This document shows, piece by piece, positions 63,073-64,000 of a stretch of 64,000 bases of DNA. Every line of letters begins with the position of its first letter. The first letter of the stretch is position 1. The translations under genes were made by a program, and so were the position numbers. Under the pieces are notes generated by a model. It was not told the origin of the DNA. It saw only the letters and a program-made list of their open reading frames with translations, and did no database searches. Source of the DNA: Glaucostegus cemiculus (lineage: Eukaryota); NCBI GenBank assembly GCA_976551045.1, contig CDPCPM010000106.1, positions 30,318,001 through 30,382,000 on the forward strand, written 5' to 3'.

Positions 63073-63308
63073 AGTGGCACGATAGTGTAGCGGTTAGCGT
63101 GACACTGTTACAGCACCAGCAATTGGGGTTCAATTCCCGTCACTGTCTGTAAGGAGTTGTACATTCTCCCATGTCTGCGTGGGTTTCCTCCGGGTGCTCC
63201 AGTTTCCTCCCACATTCTAAAGATGTATGGGTAGGTTAATTTGGGGATTAAAGTGGGCGGTGTGGACTTGTAACAGGCCCTTTCGGCCCAACCACGCTGT
63301 AAATAAAA
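63073..63308 (+). mobile_element. tRNA-derived V-SINE (HE1-like)
   Basis: tRNA-like head (GTGTAGCGGTTAGC...GGTTCAATTCCC), V-domain GCGTGGGTTTCCTCCGGGTGCTCCAGTTTCCTCCCACA, CR1-like tail ending TGTAAATAAA. Confidence 0.85.
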
Positions 63309-63659
63309 AAAAAATTTAAATATCTTGCCTTATCTGATTTGAAGCCTTTGTTGCTCCCATCTTGCAGATCTATGCTTTGGGTTGCCTTGATACTCTATTT
63401 ACCAAACCACACTTGGCAGCAGCAACTGCAGTGTGTTCTCTTTTTATGCTTTACTTGTCTTTTGAAGTGGGAGGGGGGGTAAAGTGCAATTCTCTCTAAA
63501 TGGAAAGTGGAGAAGCTACCCCTGATGCTGGGGAAAATCAATCTGTCCAACCCTTTCTAAAGCAGATGGGCTCGTTGTTATCCTGTTGTACCTGGGATGC
63601 CTGCTGTATGCAAATTGGCTGCTAGATCTAACAGATGTACTTTGCTCATCAGGTTACAT

Positions 63660-63880
63660 GTCTGGGAACTGCAAAACAATAAGCTGGTGGAGGAAGTCAG
63701 CAAGTCGGGCAACATCTGTGGAGGGAAACAGACAATCAGTGTTTTGGGTGAAGACACTTCCCCCATCAGGATGGAGGGTGTCAACCCCAAACATCAGCTG
63801 TCCACTTCCTTGCTGCTCAACCTGCTGACTTCCTCCACCAGCTCTTTGCTCCAGATTCTGATATCTGCTGTCTCCAGTGT
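63660..63880. mobile_element. Palindromic Penelope-derived mini-element just upstream of the exon 5 acceptor
   Basis: AGCTGGTGGAGGAAGTCAGCA and inverted TGCTGACTTCCTCCACCAGCT arms. Confidence 0.72.
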
Positions 63881-63905
63881 CTACAGTTTGTTTTGTTTCC
63901 TGCAG

Positions 63906-64000
63906 AACCTGCTGAAGACGGGTGAAAACAGCTGGTCACTCGCTGAGCTTATCCATGCAGTTGTCCTCCTCACACATTACCACTCACTGGCTTCCTTCGT
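63906..64000 (+). CDS. SESN2: Sestrin coding exon 5, truncated by the window end ([31 protein letters not shown]...)
   Basis: ttttgtttcctgcag acceptor; translation matches the sestrin motif [30 protein letters not shown]. Confidence 0.96.

Noticed and set aside
63073-63145. tRNA gene
   Set aside because: A/B-box-like head continues directly into a V-SINE body; no full cloverleaf is evident.

Overview
Vertebrate nuclear DNA. The repeat content (CR1 LINEs with an esterase ORF1, Rex1/Babar-like LINE tails, Penelope-like elements, HE1/V-SINE-like SINEs) points to a cartilaginous fish; this is an inference. The window holds the 5' part of one + strand sestrin gene, most like SESN2. It has two alternative phase-0 first coding exons, each in its own CpG-rich promoter: exon 1a (3966-4247, 94 aa, like the long SESN1 N-terminus) and exon 1b (46632-46676, 15 aa, CxxC, like the SESN3 N-terminus). 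Both can splice in frame to shared exons at 52998-53063, 59442-59639, 62715-62897 and 63906->64000. Most of the rest is intron with many retroelements, including a young 3.7-kb CR1 with a 7-bp target-site duplication, a CR1 insertion with twin-priming-type 5' inversion, and many Penelope-derived hairpins carrying decayed hammerhead-like motifs. The most notable observations are the mosaic dual-first-exon architecture, uORFs in front of both start codons, a shared TTAATGCA doublet at both promoters, and a 41-bp C-rich minisatellite just after exon 1b. I see no evidence of a wholly new multi-gene system. Family assignments are from recalled protein and repeat motifs, not database searches, and repeat boundaries are approximate.
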